This document shows positions 19,912 through 29,453 of a stretch of 64,000 nt of DNA, piece after piece. The translations under genes were made by a program, and so were the position numbers. Position 1 is the stretch's first letter. Each line of letters starts with the position of its first letter. The notes beneath the pieces are model-generated. The model saw only the letters and a program-made list of their open reading frames with translations. It did not search any database and was not told the origin of the DNA. The stretch is from Alphaproteobacteria bacterium (GTDB lineage Bacteria > Pseudomonadota > Alphaproteobacteria > UBA2966). The stretch covers positions 2,208,001 through 2,272,000 of the forward strand of contig OZ219856.1 in NCBI GenBank assembly GCA_964291395.2. Direction: 5' to 3'.

Positions 19912-21255
19912 ATGGCCGTCGAACAGCCCCCGAATATCATCTTCATGCATTCCCACAACACGGGACGATTCGTTCAGCCCTATGGCCACGCGGTGCCGAC
20001 CCCGAACCTGCAGCGCCTGGCCGAAGAAGGTGTGCTATTCCGGCAGGCATTCTGTACCGCACCCACGTGCTCGCCCAGCCGCGCGAGTTTTCTCTCGGGC
20101 ATGTATCCGCATTCCTGCGGCATGTACGGGCTCGGGCATCGCGGCTTCAAGATGACCGACTTCCGGCATCACGTCGTACATACGCTCGGGCGGCACGGGT
20201 ATCACACCGCGCTCGCGGGCGTGGAACATACCGCGCCGGATCCGACGGCCGCCGGTTACGCCGAACTGCTCTCCACCGAAGACACGAACTATCCGGAGTT
20301 GTCGGATACGCGGCATCCCGTCGAGGCGGCCGTCGAATTTCTGGGCCGGCATCACGCACGACCATTCTTCGTCTCGCTCGGCTTGAACGTGACCCACCGT
20401 CCGTTCCCGCCGCCGGATCCGGCGAACCATCCGGCCGAGGACGAACGCTACTGCACGCCGCCACCGCCGTTGCCCGACGTCCCCGAGATCCGGGCCGACA
20501 TGGCCGGATTCAAGGCGTCCGCCCGCGAGATGGATGACTCCTACGGCGCGGTGATGGACGCGCTCGACGCGAACGGCTTGGCGGAACGGACGCTGGTGTG
20601 CTGCTTCACCGATCACGGACTTCAATTTCCACGCCACATGAGCAACCTCGAAGACCCGGGCATCGCGGTCTATCTCATCATCCGGGGACCCGACGGTTTC
20701 GCCGGCGGGCAGGTCGTGGACGAGATGGTCAGCCTGATGGATCTGGTGCCGACCGCATACGATCTCGCGGGTATCGAGCAGCCGGCGTTCGTGGAAGGCG
20801 TGTCGCTGCGTCCTCTGGTCACCGGCGAGCGTGACAGCGTGCACGATACCATCTTTGCGGAGAGCAACTATCACGCGGCTTACGAACCCATGAGATGCGC
20901 CCGTACCAAGCGCTACAAGTACATCCGCCGCTACGACAACCGGGACCGGCCGAACCTGCCCAACGTCGACGACACCGACAGCAAGGCGTTCCTTCTGGAA
21001 CGGGGCTGGCGGGACCAGGGCCGCGACCGGGAACTGCTCTACGACCTGATCTTCGATCCGTATGAAACCAACAATCTGTTCGACCTTCCCATGATGCGCG
21101 AGGTCATCGGGAACCTGCGCGGGCGCCTTGAGGCCTGGATGCGGAAGACCGGCGACCCGCTGCTCGAGGGCGACACGGTACCGGCACCCCGTGGCGCGGT
21201 GGCCAACGATCCCGATGGCGAGTCGCCCAACGAGCCCGTCATGACGATCGGCTGA
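19912..21255 (+). CDS. Formylglycine-dependent sulfatase (sulfamidase/N-sulfoglucosamine sulfohydrolase-like)
   Basis: PNIIF, CSPSRASFLSGMYPH (CxPxR), TDHG, YEPMRCART. Confidence 0.9.
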   Translation: MAVEQPPNIIFMHSHNTGRFVQPYGHAVPTPNLQRLAEEGVLFRQAFCTAPTCSPSRASFLSGMYPHSCGMYGLGHRGFKMTDFRHHVVHTLGRHGYHTALAGVEHTAPDPTAAGYAELLSTEDTNYPELSDTRHPVEAAVEFLGRHHARPFFVSLGLNVTHRPFPPPDPANHPAEDERYCTPPPPLPDVPEIRADMAGFKASAREMDDSYGAVMDALDANGLAERTLVCCFTDHGLQFPRHMSNLEDPGIAVYLIIRGPDGFAGGQVVDEMVSLMDLVPTAYDLAGIEQPAFVEGVSLRPLVTGERDSVHDTIFAESNYHAAYEPMRCARTKRYKYIRRYDNRDRPNLPNVDDTDSKAFLLERGWRDQGRDRELLYDLIFDPYETNNLFDLPMMREVIGNLRGRLEAWMRKTGDPLLEGDTVPAPRGAVANDPDGESPNEPVMTIG

Positions 21256-21286
21256 CGCAGATCTTCACCGAGCAGGCGATTGCGAG

Positions 21287-22048
21287 ATGGATACCGGCGG
21301 GTTCACTGAGGACGAGACGTTCACGGTCCGGATCACCTCGGACGCGGAGGAGGCCAGCCACCACGCCGCGACCGTCATCGTGAATCAGATCAGGCGAAAG
21401 CCGGACAGCGTCATATGCACGGCGAGCGGCGAGACCCCGGTCGGCACCTATGCCCGTCTGGCGGAATTGACGGCAGGCGGGAATTTGGCGGACCGGATCT
21501 CGATCGTGAAACTCGACGAGTGGCTGGACATCCCCCTTGACGATCCCCATACCTGCGAACGCTTCCAACGCGAACACGTGCTTGGCCCCCTCGGCGTTCC
21601 GGCCGCAAGGTACATCGGGTTCGACAGCCAGCCCTCGGAGGAATGGGCCGAATGCCGGCGCATAGAACGGGAGATCGAGCGCGCGGGCGGAATCGACCTC
21701 GCCGTCCTCGGCATCGGCGTCAACGGCCACATCGGGCTGAACGAGCCCGCCGAGTACCTGCACCTCGGCTGTCACGCGACGGAGCTTGCGCAAACCACCA
21801 TCGATCACACGATGCTGGAAGGCGTCGCGCAACCCGTGACCCGCGGCATTACGATGGGCATGCGCGACATACTCGGCGCACGCCTGATCCTGTTGCTCGC
21901 CCTGGGGGATCACAAGGCCGAACCCGTGCGGCAACTGATGAGCCGGCGGGTAAGCTCGCGGCTGCCCGCGTCGTTCCTGTGGCTCCATCCCAACGTGAGC
22001 TTCATCTGCGACCGCGCGGCCGCGCGCAACATCGCGGGAGACGGGTAA
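21287..22048 (+). CDS. nagB: Glucosamine/galactosamine-6-phosphate deaminase (isomerase)
   Basis: ASGETP, KLDEW, GIDLAVLGIGVNGHIGLNEP, GITMG, PASFL..HP. Confidence 0.85.
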   Translation: MDTGGFTEDETFTVRITSDAEEASHHAATVIVNQIRRKPDSVICTASGETPVGTYARLAELTAGGNLADRISIVKLDEWLDIPLDDPHTCERFQREHVLGPLGVPAARYIGFDSQPSEEWAECRRIEREIERAGGIDLAVLGIGVNGHIGLNEPAEYLHLGCHATELAQTTIDHTMLEGVAQPVTRGITMGMRDILGARLILLLALGDHKAEPVRQLMSRRVSSRLPASFLWLHPNVSFICDRAAARNIAGDG

Positions 22049-22049
22049 G

Positions 22050-23000
22050 GTGCCGGCCGCGGAGTCACACGGGCCCGCGGCCATCGGCATCGATATCGGT
22101 GCAACCAAGGTCCTGGGTGGCGTGGTGGATGTCGGGACCGGCGCGGTCCTGCACGCCGAGGAGATCCCCGCGCTCCCGCGACGCGATCCGGCTACCGTGC
22201 TCGACGACGTCCTCGGGCTGGCGGAGAGGATGCGGGATGCCGCGGCACGGGACCGCCTGACCGTTCGCGGGCTCGGCGTCGGCATCGCCGAGATCGTCGA
22301 CCCCAATGGCGGGATCACGACCCGGGACACGTTCGACTGGCTCGACCTTCCGGTGCACCAACGCTTTGGAGAGGTCGCGTCGCCCGTCGTCATCGAATCG
22401 GACGTACGCGCGGCTGCCTGCGCGGAAGCACGCTACGGCGCGGGACGGGGTCTCGACACCTTCGCCTACGTCACGATCGGCTCGGGTATCAGCAGTTGCC
22501 TGATGATCAAGGGCCGACCCCTGGTGGGGCATACGGGGGGCGCGATCGCGCTGACATCGGCGACGACCCGGGAGCGCTGCCCGAGTTGCGGCGAGACGCA
22601 CGACTTCTGTCTCGAAGCGTACGCGTCCGGATTGGGGATGACCCGCCGCTATGCGGAGGCGACATCCCGTGACGTCCGGCGAACGGAGGAAATCTTCGAT
22701 GCGGCTGCCTCGGGCGACGTCGAGGCGGTTCACGTCATCGAGTCCGCCGCCCAGGCGCTGGGAAAGGCCCTGGCTCAGTTGGCCAACCTGTTCGACCCCG
22801 CCGCGATCGTGCTCGGGGGTGGCCTGGGTTCGGCGGCCGGTCTCTATCACGATAGGCTGATCGAGTCGGCGCGCCGGCAGATCTGGCATGAACCCGTCCG
22901 CTCGCTGCCCATCGTCCGTGCGGAGCTCGGAACCGCCTCGGGTGTGGTGGGCGCGGCGCTTCGGGGCGCCGAGGGTCCGGTTGGGCAAGGAGCGAAGTAG
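22050..23000 (+). CDS. ROK family sugar kinase
   Basis: GIDIGATK, ESDVRAA, TIGSGI, CPSCG...CLEAYASG, IVLGGG; no N-terminal HTH. Confidence 0.9.
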   Translation: MPAAESHGPAAIGIDIGATKVLGGVVDVGTGAVLHAEEIPALPRRDPATVLDDVLGLAERMRDAAARDRLTVRGLGVGIAEIVDPNGGITTRDTFDWLDLPVHQRFGEVASPVVIESDVRAAACAEARYGAGRGLDTFAYVTIGSGISSCLMIKGRPLVGHTGGAIALTSATTRERCPSCGETHDFCLEAYASGLGMTRRYAEATSRDVRRTEEIFDAAASGDVEAVHVIESAAQALGKALAQLANLFDPAAIVLGGGLGSAAGLYHDRLIESARRQIWHEPVRSLPIVRAELGTASGVVGAALRGAEGPVGQGAK

Positions 23001-23002
23001 GT

Positions 23003-24139
23003 ATGGCCCGCAAGCGGCAGCCCTATCGGCTGGGTGTCATCGGATTCGCCCACATGCACGTGAACGAACTCGTGGCGCGGTTCCTCGCCCACGACGGAGT
23101 CGACCTTGTCGCCTGCGCGGATACCGTGCCTCGCGTGCCCTCGCTCACCGAGGTTGAAGGCAGCCGCAAAGCGAATCTCAAACGCGCGCTCGCGGCGTCC
23201 GATGGCGCCAAGGCCTTTGCCGATTACCGGGATATGCTCGATTCCGAAGAGCTCGACATCGTGATCTTCTGTCCCGAGATCGCACGACACGCGGAAATCG
23301 CCGAAGCCCTGGCGGATCGCCGCATCCATATGCTGACCGAGAAGCCGATGGCGGCAAGCCTGTCCGATGCCCTGCGCATGGCGCGCGCGGCCCGGCAAGC
23401 GGACGTCGTGCTGATGGTCAACTGGCCCATCACCTGGCGGCCGTGGGTACTCGCGGTCAAGGACCTCATCGATGCCGGCAGGATCGGAGACGTCTGGGAG
23501 TTCAAGTGGCGAAACGGTCCGTCTCTCGGACCGCTGGCCGCCGGCAGCCTGCACCCGGGCGATACGATGGTCTCCGGTGTGCTGACCGATGACGAGAAGG
23601 CGGCCGAATGGTGGCATCAGTCGGACACCGGCGGCGGCGCCCTTCTCGACTACTGCAGTTACGGGGCCTGCCTCTCGACCTGGTATTTGGACCGGCATGC
23701 CATCTCCGCGCAGGGCCTGAAGATGAACCTGCTGAGCCGGTTCGGCGACGCCGACGACAATGCCGCGATGCTCGTCCGCTTTCCCGATGCCATGGCCGTT
23801 CTCGAGGCGACCTGGACGACCTTCCACGCGGGCGTACCCCACGGGCCCATCGTCTTCGGCACGAAGGGCACCATCGTCGTGGACGGTGCGCAGGCAAAGG
23901 TCTATCAAGACCGGGACAGTCCGGAGCCGACGGCGACCCACCGCGGCGACCCCTTTCCCGCCGGACGCGCGACCATCGCCGAGCAGTTCATTCGCCGCAT
24001 CGAGGCCGGCGAGGACCCCCACCCGACGCTGGACATACCGCTCAATCTCGCGGCGACCGCAATCCTGGATGCCGGAATCCGGTCGGCGGCAAGCGGCAGG
24101 GTCGAGCAGGTCGAAACTCCGATTTGGGACGCCGGATGA
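23003..24139 (+). CDS. Gfo/Idh/MocA family oxidoreductase
   Basis: LGVIGFAHMH, EKPMA, GGGALLDYCSYG. Confidence 0.9.
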   Translation: MARKRQPYRLGVIGFAHMHVNELVARFLAHDGVDLVACADTVPRVPSLTEVEGSRKANLKRALAASDGAKAFADYRDMLDSEELDIVIFCPEIARHAEIAEALADRRIHMLTEKPMAASLSDALRMARAARQADVVLMVNWPITWRPWVLAVKDLIDAGRIGDVWEFKWRNGPSLGPLAAGSLHPGDTMVSGVLTDDEKAAEWWHQSDTGGGALLDYCSYGACLSTWYLDRHAISAQGLKMNLLSRFGDADDNAAMLVRFPDAMAVLEATWTTFHAGVPHGPIVFGTKGTIVVDGAQAKVYQDRDSPEPTATHRGDPFPAGRATIAEQFIRRIEAGEDPHPTLDIPLNLAATAILDAGIRSAASGRVEQVETPIWDAG

Positions 24140-24167
24140 CCCGCCATCCGGCGGCAGCGCCCCTGCC

Positions 24168-25256
24168 ATGATACGCATGGCCTCCGTCGGCTATGGCGAC
24201 ATCGCGCGCCGACGCCATTTTCCCGAACTCCTGGACTTGCGCGGCCGGGCCGAGCTGGTCGCCATCGCCGGCCGTGACGAGCCCTCGCTCGCGGCCTGCG
24301 CCCGCGAGCTCGATATCCCGGACTGGTATTCCGACGCGGACGAGATGCTGGCACGCGACGACATCGATGCGGTCCTCGTCCTGACACCGCCCGGCAGCCA
24401 TAGCCTGTTCGCACGAAGGGCCATCGAAGCCGGCAAGCACGTCCTGCTGGAGAAGCCGATGGTCATGTCGGTCGAGGAGGCAACAGGTCTCCTCGAAGCC
24501 CTCAGAACCCGACAGGACAGGAATCCGATCACGTTCCTTCCCCTGCCCCACGTGGACATCCCCGAGCACAAGGCCGCCGCCCGCCTGATCGCGGCCGGCG
24601 CGATCGGCGAGGCAACCAGTGTCGAATGCCATCGCGGCCATCGCGGCCCCACGCACGCCGGCTGGTTCTACCGGAAGGAACTCGCCGGCGGCGGCGTGCT
24701 CTTTGATCTCGGCATCTATCAGGTCAGTGCCGTGGTCTCGTTGTTCGGCCCGGCCCGAACCGTGACCGCGCTGTGCGACCGCCGTTTCGAGACGCGAACG
24801 ATGGATGACGGCACGGTGATCGAACCGGATGTCGAGGACAGCGCCCTTGTGAGCTTGCGGCTCGAGAACGGCATGGCCGCGTCCATCAACGCCAACTGGA
24901 ACGGGTATGTCACCCACCGCGCCACGCGGCGGCGAGTCACCGTCGTCGGGCGCGAGGGCAGCCTGCATTTCGGCGTCGACGACGGTGGCATCTACATTCA
25001 CCGGTCCGACGATGATTACGGCATCATCGGAGGCGCGTCTGAGGAAACCCGATTCGACGGATACGCCTGCCGCCGACTCGTGCCCGACGGCGATGCGGCG
25101 CCGTCGACCGTCGTGGGCGACTTCGTGAACCTGATCGAGACGAGGGAGACGTCGACGCGCGCCCTGGAGATGCAGGTGCACGTCATGGAGATCATCTTCG
25201 AGGCCTATCGGGCGGGGGACGCCAACGGGGTACGTGCGCTCAAGACACGATTCTGA
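24168..25256 (+). CDS. Gfo/Idh/MocA family oxidoreductase
   Basis: SVGYGDIA, GKHVLLEKPM, GGGVLFDLGIY, VEDSA. ATG at 24168; the ORF track extension to 23760 overlaps the previous gene. Confidence 0.9.
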   Translation: MIRMASVGYGDIARRRHFPELLDLRGRAELVAIAGRDEPSLAACARELDIPDWYSDADEMLARDDIDAVLVLTPPGSHSLFARRAIEAGKHVLLEKPMVMSVEEATGLLEALRTRQDRNPITFLPLPHVDIPEHKAAARLIAAGAIGEATSVECHRGHRGPTHAGWFYRKELAGGGVLFDLGIYQVSAVVSLFGPARTVTALCDRRFETRTMDDGTVIEPDVEDSALVSLRLENGMAASINANWNGYVTHRATRRRVTVVGREGSLHFGVDDGGIYIHRSDDDYGIIGGASEETRFDGYACRRLVPDGDAAPSTVVGDFVNLIETRETSTRALEMQVHVMEIIFEAYRAGDANGVRALKTRF

Positions 25257-27600
25257 CGGCCGGACGTCCTCGGGCGGAGGATCGGTTCTCCTGCATGTGG
25301 CGCCACACGGTCTCGGGCGTCGCGGGGCCGTCGAACCGGGTCACGCCATATGGTCTCAAGGCGTCGATCACGGCATTGGTGACCGCGGGAAAGGCGCCGA
25401 CCGCCCCGGCCTCTCCGCAGCCCTTCACACCCAGGGGATTCGTCGTGCACGGCACTTCGTTGAAGGTGAGGTCGACATCGGGCATGTCGTCGGCACGGGG
25501 CACGGCGTAGTCCATGAACGTGGCCGTGAGCATCTGCCCGTTCCCAGGATCGAAGCGGATCCGCTCCATCAGAGCCTGGCCGACGCCCTGGGCAAGGCCG
25601 CCGTGCACCTGACCGGACGCGATCAGCGGATTGATGAGCACGCCGAAGTCATCGACGATCGTGTACCGCGTGAGCGACACCCGACCGGTGTCGGGATCGA
25701 CCTCGACCTCGCAGACATGGGCGCCGTTCGGAAACGTCGAAGCCTCGCGCCAGTACTCCTGGTAGGTGTCGAGGCCCGCCTCCATGCCCTCGGGACGCCG
25801 TTCGGGATCACGGGCGATTCGGGCGACCTCCAGAATGTCGAGCGCCCGGTCGGTGCCGGCGACGGTGAAGAGCCCTTCCGAGAATTCGATATCCGCTTCC
25901 GCCGCCTCCAGGGCATGGGCGGCGACGGCGCGACCCTTCTCGACGATGGATTCGGAGGCGAGGTGGAGCGCCGACCCCGCCATGTGGGTGGACCGGGACC
26001 CGCCATGGCCGCCGCCCTTGGCGATGAGATCGGTGTCCCCTTGTCCGAACACGATGTTCTCGAACGGGATGCCCAGCTTGGCCGAGACGATCTGCGGGAA
26101 CGTGGTTTCGTGGCCCTGGCCGTTCGACCGCGTCCCCGTGACGAGGGCGACTCCGTCGTCGTCCTCGAACCTGATCTCGACGCACTCCTCCGGCGGCCCC
26201 ATGGTCATTTCCATGTAGTAGGCGACACCGAGACCGCGAAGCCGGCCGGCCGCTTCACTCCGGTCGCGGCGCGCTTCGAATCCGGCGGCGTCGGCCCGGT
26301 CCAGCGCGCGGTCGAGGGTGTCCGCGCAGGTACCGGTATCGATCGTGACGCCATGGAAGTTCGTGACCGGGGCGGCGTCCGTCCGCATGAAATTCCGTCG
26401 CCGCAGTTCCAGCGCGTTGAATCCCGTCTCTCGCGCGGCGGCCTCGATGAGCCGTTCCATCACGTTCATCGACTCGGCATAGCCCACGCCCCGGTAGGCC
26501 CCGAGCGGCGTGGCGTTGGTGAAAACCGCCTTGACGCTGAGGTGAACGGCCGGGATGTCGTAGACACCGCCGGTGAGAGTGCCGTAAGCGACGGTGTGGA
26601 GCAGAGCCGCGGTGGCCGTGACGTAGGCGCCGAGATTGCCGAGCGTGTGCACGCGCAGTCCCAGAAACCTGCCGTCGGCGTCGAGGCCGAGCTCGGCTCG
26701 GGTGACGTGATCGCGGCCGTGGTCGTCGCTGAGGAACGATTCGGTGCGCTCGTTGATCCACTTCACCGGCCGGCCGAGGCGCCTCGCCGCCCACAGGACG
26801 AGAACGGTCTCGGGATACAGGAAGTTCTTCATGCCGAAGCCGCCGCCTACGTCCGGCGCGATGACGCGGATATTCTCCGCGGGCACCTTGAGCGAGTCCG
26901 CGAGGATGCCGCGGGCGAGGTGGATGTTCTGGCCCGAGGTGTAGAGCAGATAGCGTCCCTCGCTCTCGTCGTAGGCGCCCAGCGATCCGCGCGGCTCGAT
27001 CGAATTGGCGATCACCCGGTGATTGACGAGATCGAGGCTGACCACGTGTTCCGCCGCCGCCAAGGCGGCCTCGGCCGCCGTCGAATCCCCAACTTCCCAA
27101 TCGTAGGAAAGGTTCTTTCGCGGGCTGTCCCATATCGCCGGGGCATCGTCGCTCAGCGCCGTCTCGGCATCGACGACGGAGGGCAAGGGCTCGTATTCGA
27201 CGGAGACGAGTTCGGCCGCGTCGAGCGCCTGCTCCCTCGTCCCGGCGACGACGAATGCGACTCCGTCGCCCAAATAGCGGACACGGTCCGACACCAGCGC
27301 GTGGCGCGGTGGCACGAAGAAGGGCGTCCCGTCCGTGTTGGCGGTGCGCGCGTGAGGCCGAACGGGCAGCAGTCCGTCGGCTGCGGCGTCGGCGCCCGTG
27401 AGCACCGCGGCGACGCCCGGAGCCGCCTCCGCCGTCGAGGTGTCGATGCCGCGGATGGCTGCGTGGGCGTGCGGTGGCCGCAGAACGACGCCGTGGAGCG
27501 TCCCGTCAAGGGAAACGTCGTCGACGAACCGGCTGTCTCCGGTGAGGAAGCGCCGATCCTCGGCGCGCCGTATCGCCTGCCCGATTCCATAGACCGCCAT
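25240..27600 (-). CDS. Xanthine dehydrogenase/CoxL-family molybdopterin-binding large subunit
   Basis: RRAEDRRFLTG, IEPRG, DVGGGFGMK, GAYRGVGY, GQGHETTF, GQVHGGLAQG, KGCGEAG. Confidence 0.92.
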   Translation of the reverse strand: MAVYGIGQAIRRAEDRRFLTGDSRFVDDVSLDGTLHGVVLRPPHAHAAIRGIDTSTAEAAPGVAAVLTGADAAADGLLPVRPHARTANTDGTPFFVPPRHALVSDRVRYLGDGVAFVVAGTREQALDAAELVSVEYEPLPSVVDAETALSDDAPAIWDSPRKNLSYDWEVGDSTAAEAALAAAEHVVSLDLVNHRVIANSIEPRGSLGAYDESEGRYLLYTSGQNIHLARGILADSLKVPAENIRVIAPDVGGGFGMKNFLYPETVLVLWAARRLGRPVKWINERTESFLSDDHGRDHVTRAELGLDADGRFLGLRVHTLGNLGAYVTATAALLHTVAYGTLTGGVYDIPAVHLSVKAVFTNATPLGAYRGVGYAESMNVMERLIEAAARETGFNALELRRRNFMRTDAAPVTNFHGVTIDTGTCADTLDRALDRADAAGFEARRDRSEAAGRLRGLGVAYYMEMTMGPPEECVEIRFEDDDGVALVTGTRSNGQGHETTFPQIVSAKLGIPFENIVFGQGDTDLIAKGGGHGGSRSTHMAGSALHLASESIVEKGRAVAAHALEAAEADIEFSEGLFTVAGTDRALDILEVARIARDPERRPEGMEAGLDTYQEYWREASTFPNGAHVCEVEVDPDTGRVSLTRYTIVDDFGVLINPLIASGQVHGGLAQGVGQALMERIRFDPGNGQMLTATFMDYAVPRADDMPDVDLTFNEVPCTTNPLGVKGCGEAGAVGAFPAVTNAVIDALRPYGVTRFDGPATPETVWRHMQENRSSARGRPAVRIVS

Positions 27601-27700
27601 GATCCCTACTCCCCCGACGCCGCGCGGACACCCCGGGCACGATCGGTTCGGAGGGCTTCGGCGGTCAAAATCATGACGGCGGGCATGGAGCGCCGGCGTC

Positions 27701-29113
27701 CTACAGATCGGGCATCCGCTCGTGCCAGCCGGTTTCGCGCTGGTACAGGTGCGCCGCGTTCAGCAGCCGGGCCTCCGCGAAGGGCCGCCCGACCAACTGG
27801 AACGCGACGGGAAGCCCGTTCTGCGCGAATCCGCAGGGGACCGAGACGGCGGGCAGACCGAGATAGCTGATGGTCCGGGTGAACTTGGGAAAAAGACCCA
27901 TGGTTCGCACCGCGCGCTCCGGGGACGCCGGATCGCTGTCGGTCAGGGTCGGCGCGGGCGCCGGACCCGTCGGTACATGCAGGAGGTCGACGCGTCCCAG
28001 CACCTCCTCGAGAAATTCGCCGAGCAGCGGACCGCGCAGGCGCAGCGCCTCTATGTAACGGGTCGCTGGAATGAACAGGCCCGGTTCCATCGGCGCGCGA
28101 ATGGCGATCTGGTAATCGTCGGGCCGTTCGGCGAGCCACTTCCCGTGAAGCGCGGCGGCCTCCGCCGCGAGAATGAGTTGTCCGAGGCGCATGGCGAGGC
28201 CCGGATCCGGCACGGAAACCTCCACCAGTTCGGCACCCAATGTCCGGAACACCTCGCGGGAGTCCGCCATGCCCTTCGCAACGTTCCCGTCGATGTCCTC
28301 GTTGTAGTAGTTGGTGGCGACCCCGACGCGGAGGCCTTTCAAGGTCTGCTCCAGCTCCTCCTCGTAGTCGGGGACGGGCTCGCCGCTCGATTGGGGATCG
28401 CGGGAATCGAAGCCGGCGACGGCGGTCATCATCCTGGCGACGTCCCGCGCCGTTCTCGCCATGGGGCCCAACGTGTCGGTCGCCCAGGACCGCGGCATGA
28501 CACCGTACCGCGACACCCTGCCATCGGTCGGTTTGATCCCGACGACGCCGCAGAGACCGGCCGGAATGCGCACGGACCCACCGGTGTCCGAGCCCAGGGA
28601 ACCGGTCACCATGCGTGCCGCCACGGCGGCGCCGGAACCGCTGGAAGATCCTCCCGGTATGTGATCCGTGTTCCACGGGTTCAGGCAATCGCCGTAGTGT
28701 TCGTTGTGGCCGGTTCCGCCGGCGGCGAATTCCGCCATGTTCAGGGTGCCGACTTCGATCGCGCCCGCGGCGTCGAGCCGCTCCAGGGCGGTCGCCGTGA
28801 CTTCCGCCGCCACGTTGCGCCGGATTTCCGAGCCGCACGTGGAGACGCGGCCCTTGCGGTAGAGCAGGTCCTTGTGCGCCAGGGGCACGCCGAAGAGCGG
28901 CGGCGCCCCGTTGCCATTCGACAGTACGGCGTCCGCACGTCGGGCGGCATCGAGCGCGCCGTCTCCATCGATGTCGATGAAGGCGTTGACGAGGGGCTGC
29001 ACCCGGTCGATTCGGGCGAGCGTGGCCTCCATCACCTCGACGGCGGAGACGCGGCGCGTCCGAATGGCGTCGGCAAGATCGCACAGCGTGTATTCGACGA
29101 TGTCCACGCTCAT
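27701..29113 (-). CDS. Amidase signature family enzyme
   Basis: GVPLAHKDL, NPWN..HIPGGSSSGSGAAV, GSDTGGSVRIPA (Ser-cisSer-Lys triad). Confidence 0.93.
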   Translation of the reverse strand: MSVDIVEYTLCDLADAIRTRRVSAVEVMEATLARIDRVQPLVNAFIDIDGDGALDAARRADAVLSNGNGAPPLFGVPLAHKDLLYRKGRVSTCGSEIRRNVAAEVTATALERLDAAGAIEVGTLNMAEFAAGGTGHNEHYGDCLNPWNTDHIPGGSSSGSGAAVAARMVTGSLGSDTGGSVRIPAGLCGVVGIKPTDGRVSRYGVMPRSWATDTLGPMARTARDVARMMTAVAGFDSRDPQSSGEPVPDYEEELEQTLKGLRVGVATNYYNEDIDGNVAKGMADSREVFRTLGAELVEVSVPDPGLAMRLGQLILAAEAAALHGKWLAERPDDYQIAIRAPMEPGLFIPATRYIEALRLRGPLLGEFLEEVLGRVDLLHVPTGPAPAPTLTDSDPASPERAVRTMGLFPKFTRTISYLGLPAVSVPCGFAQNGLPVAFQLVGRPFAEARLLNAAHLYQRETGWHERMPDL

Positions 29114-29319
29114 GACCCTTGCCCGTCTTGCGTGGCGCGGATGAGGGTCTGACGGGCGCTCAACAGCTCGTCATCGAAGTCCGACTCGCGTCCGGCGCGT
29201 CTTGCCGACTCGGCGAGTTCGGTGACTTGGCGTGCGATCTCGGCAGCCCGATCCTCCGTCAGCTCGATGCCGTAGATCTCCCGGGCCATCGCCCGGATGG
29301 TTTCTCCGCTGCAGCCCAT
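29110..29319 (-). CDS. Small (69 aa) protein translationally coupled to the amidase; possible GatC/AtzG-like partner
   Basis: MGCSGETIRAMAREIYGIELTEDRAAEIARQV...DFDDE; GGAGG RBS; ATGA overlap with the amidase start. Confidence 0.6.
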   Translation of the reverse strand: MGCSGETIRAMAREIYGIELTEDRAAEIARQVTELAESARRAGRESDFDDELLSARQTLIRATQDGQGS

Positions 29320-29453
29320 GTCCCGCCTCCCCGCAGAGCATCGTTCCAACCATTCTTACACAATGATCGCCGCGGCGCATGCCGCCTTCGACCCCGACCG
29401 CGCGCGATGTATGCTGGCGGCCGTTCCCGAGCATCGCAGGACAGGGGGATCGC

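Noticed and set aside
22050-23000. ROK protein as a NagC-like repressor
   Set aside because: It has no N-terminal HTH and begins directly with the kinase phosphate-binding motif.
17494-27600. Aerobic CO dehydrogenase (coxL) call
   Set aside because: Both lack the AYxCSFR motif, and there are no coxM/coxS or accessory genes.
27701-29113. gatA (Glu-tRNA amidotransferase)
   Set aside because: There is no gatB, and the context is catabolic. It is treated as a generic amidase.
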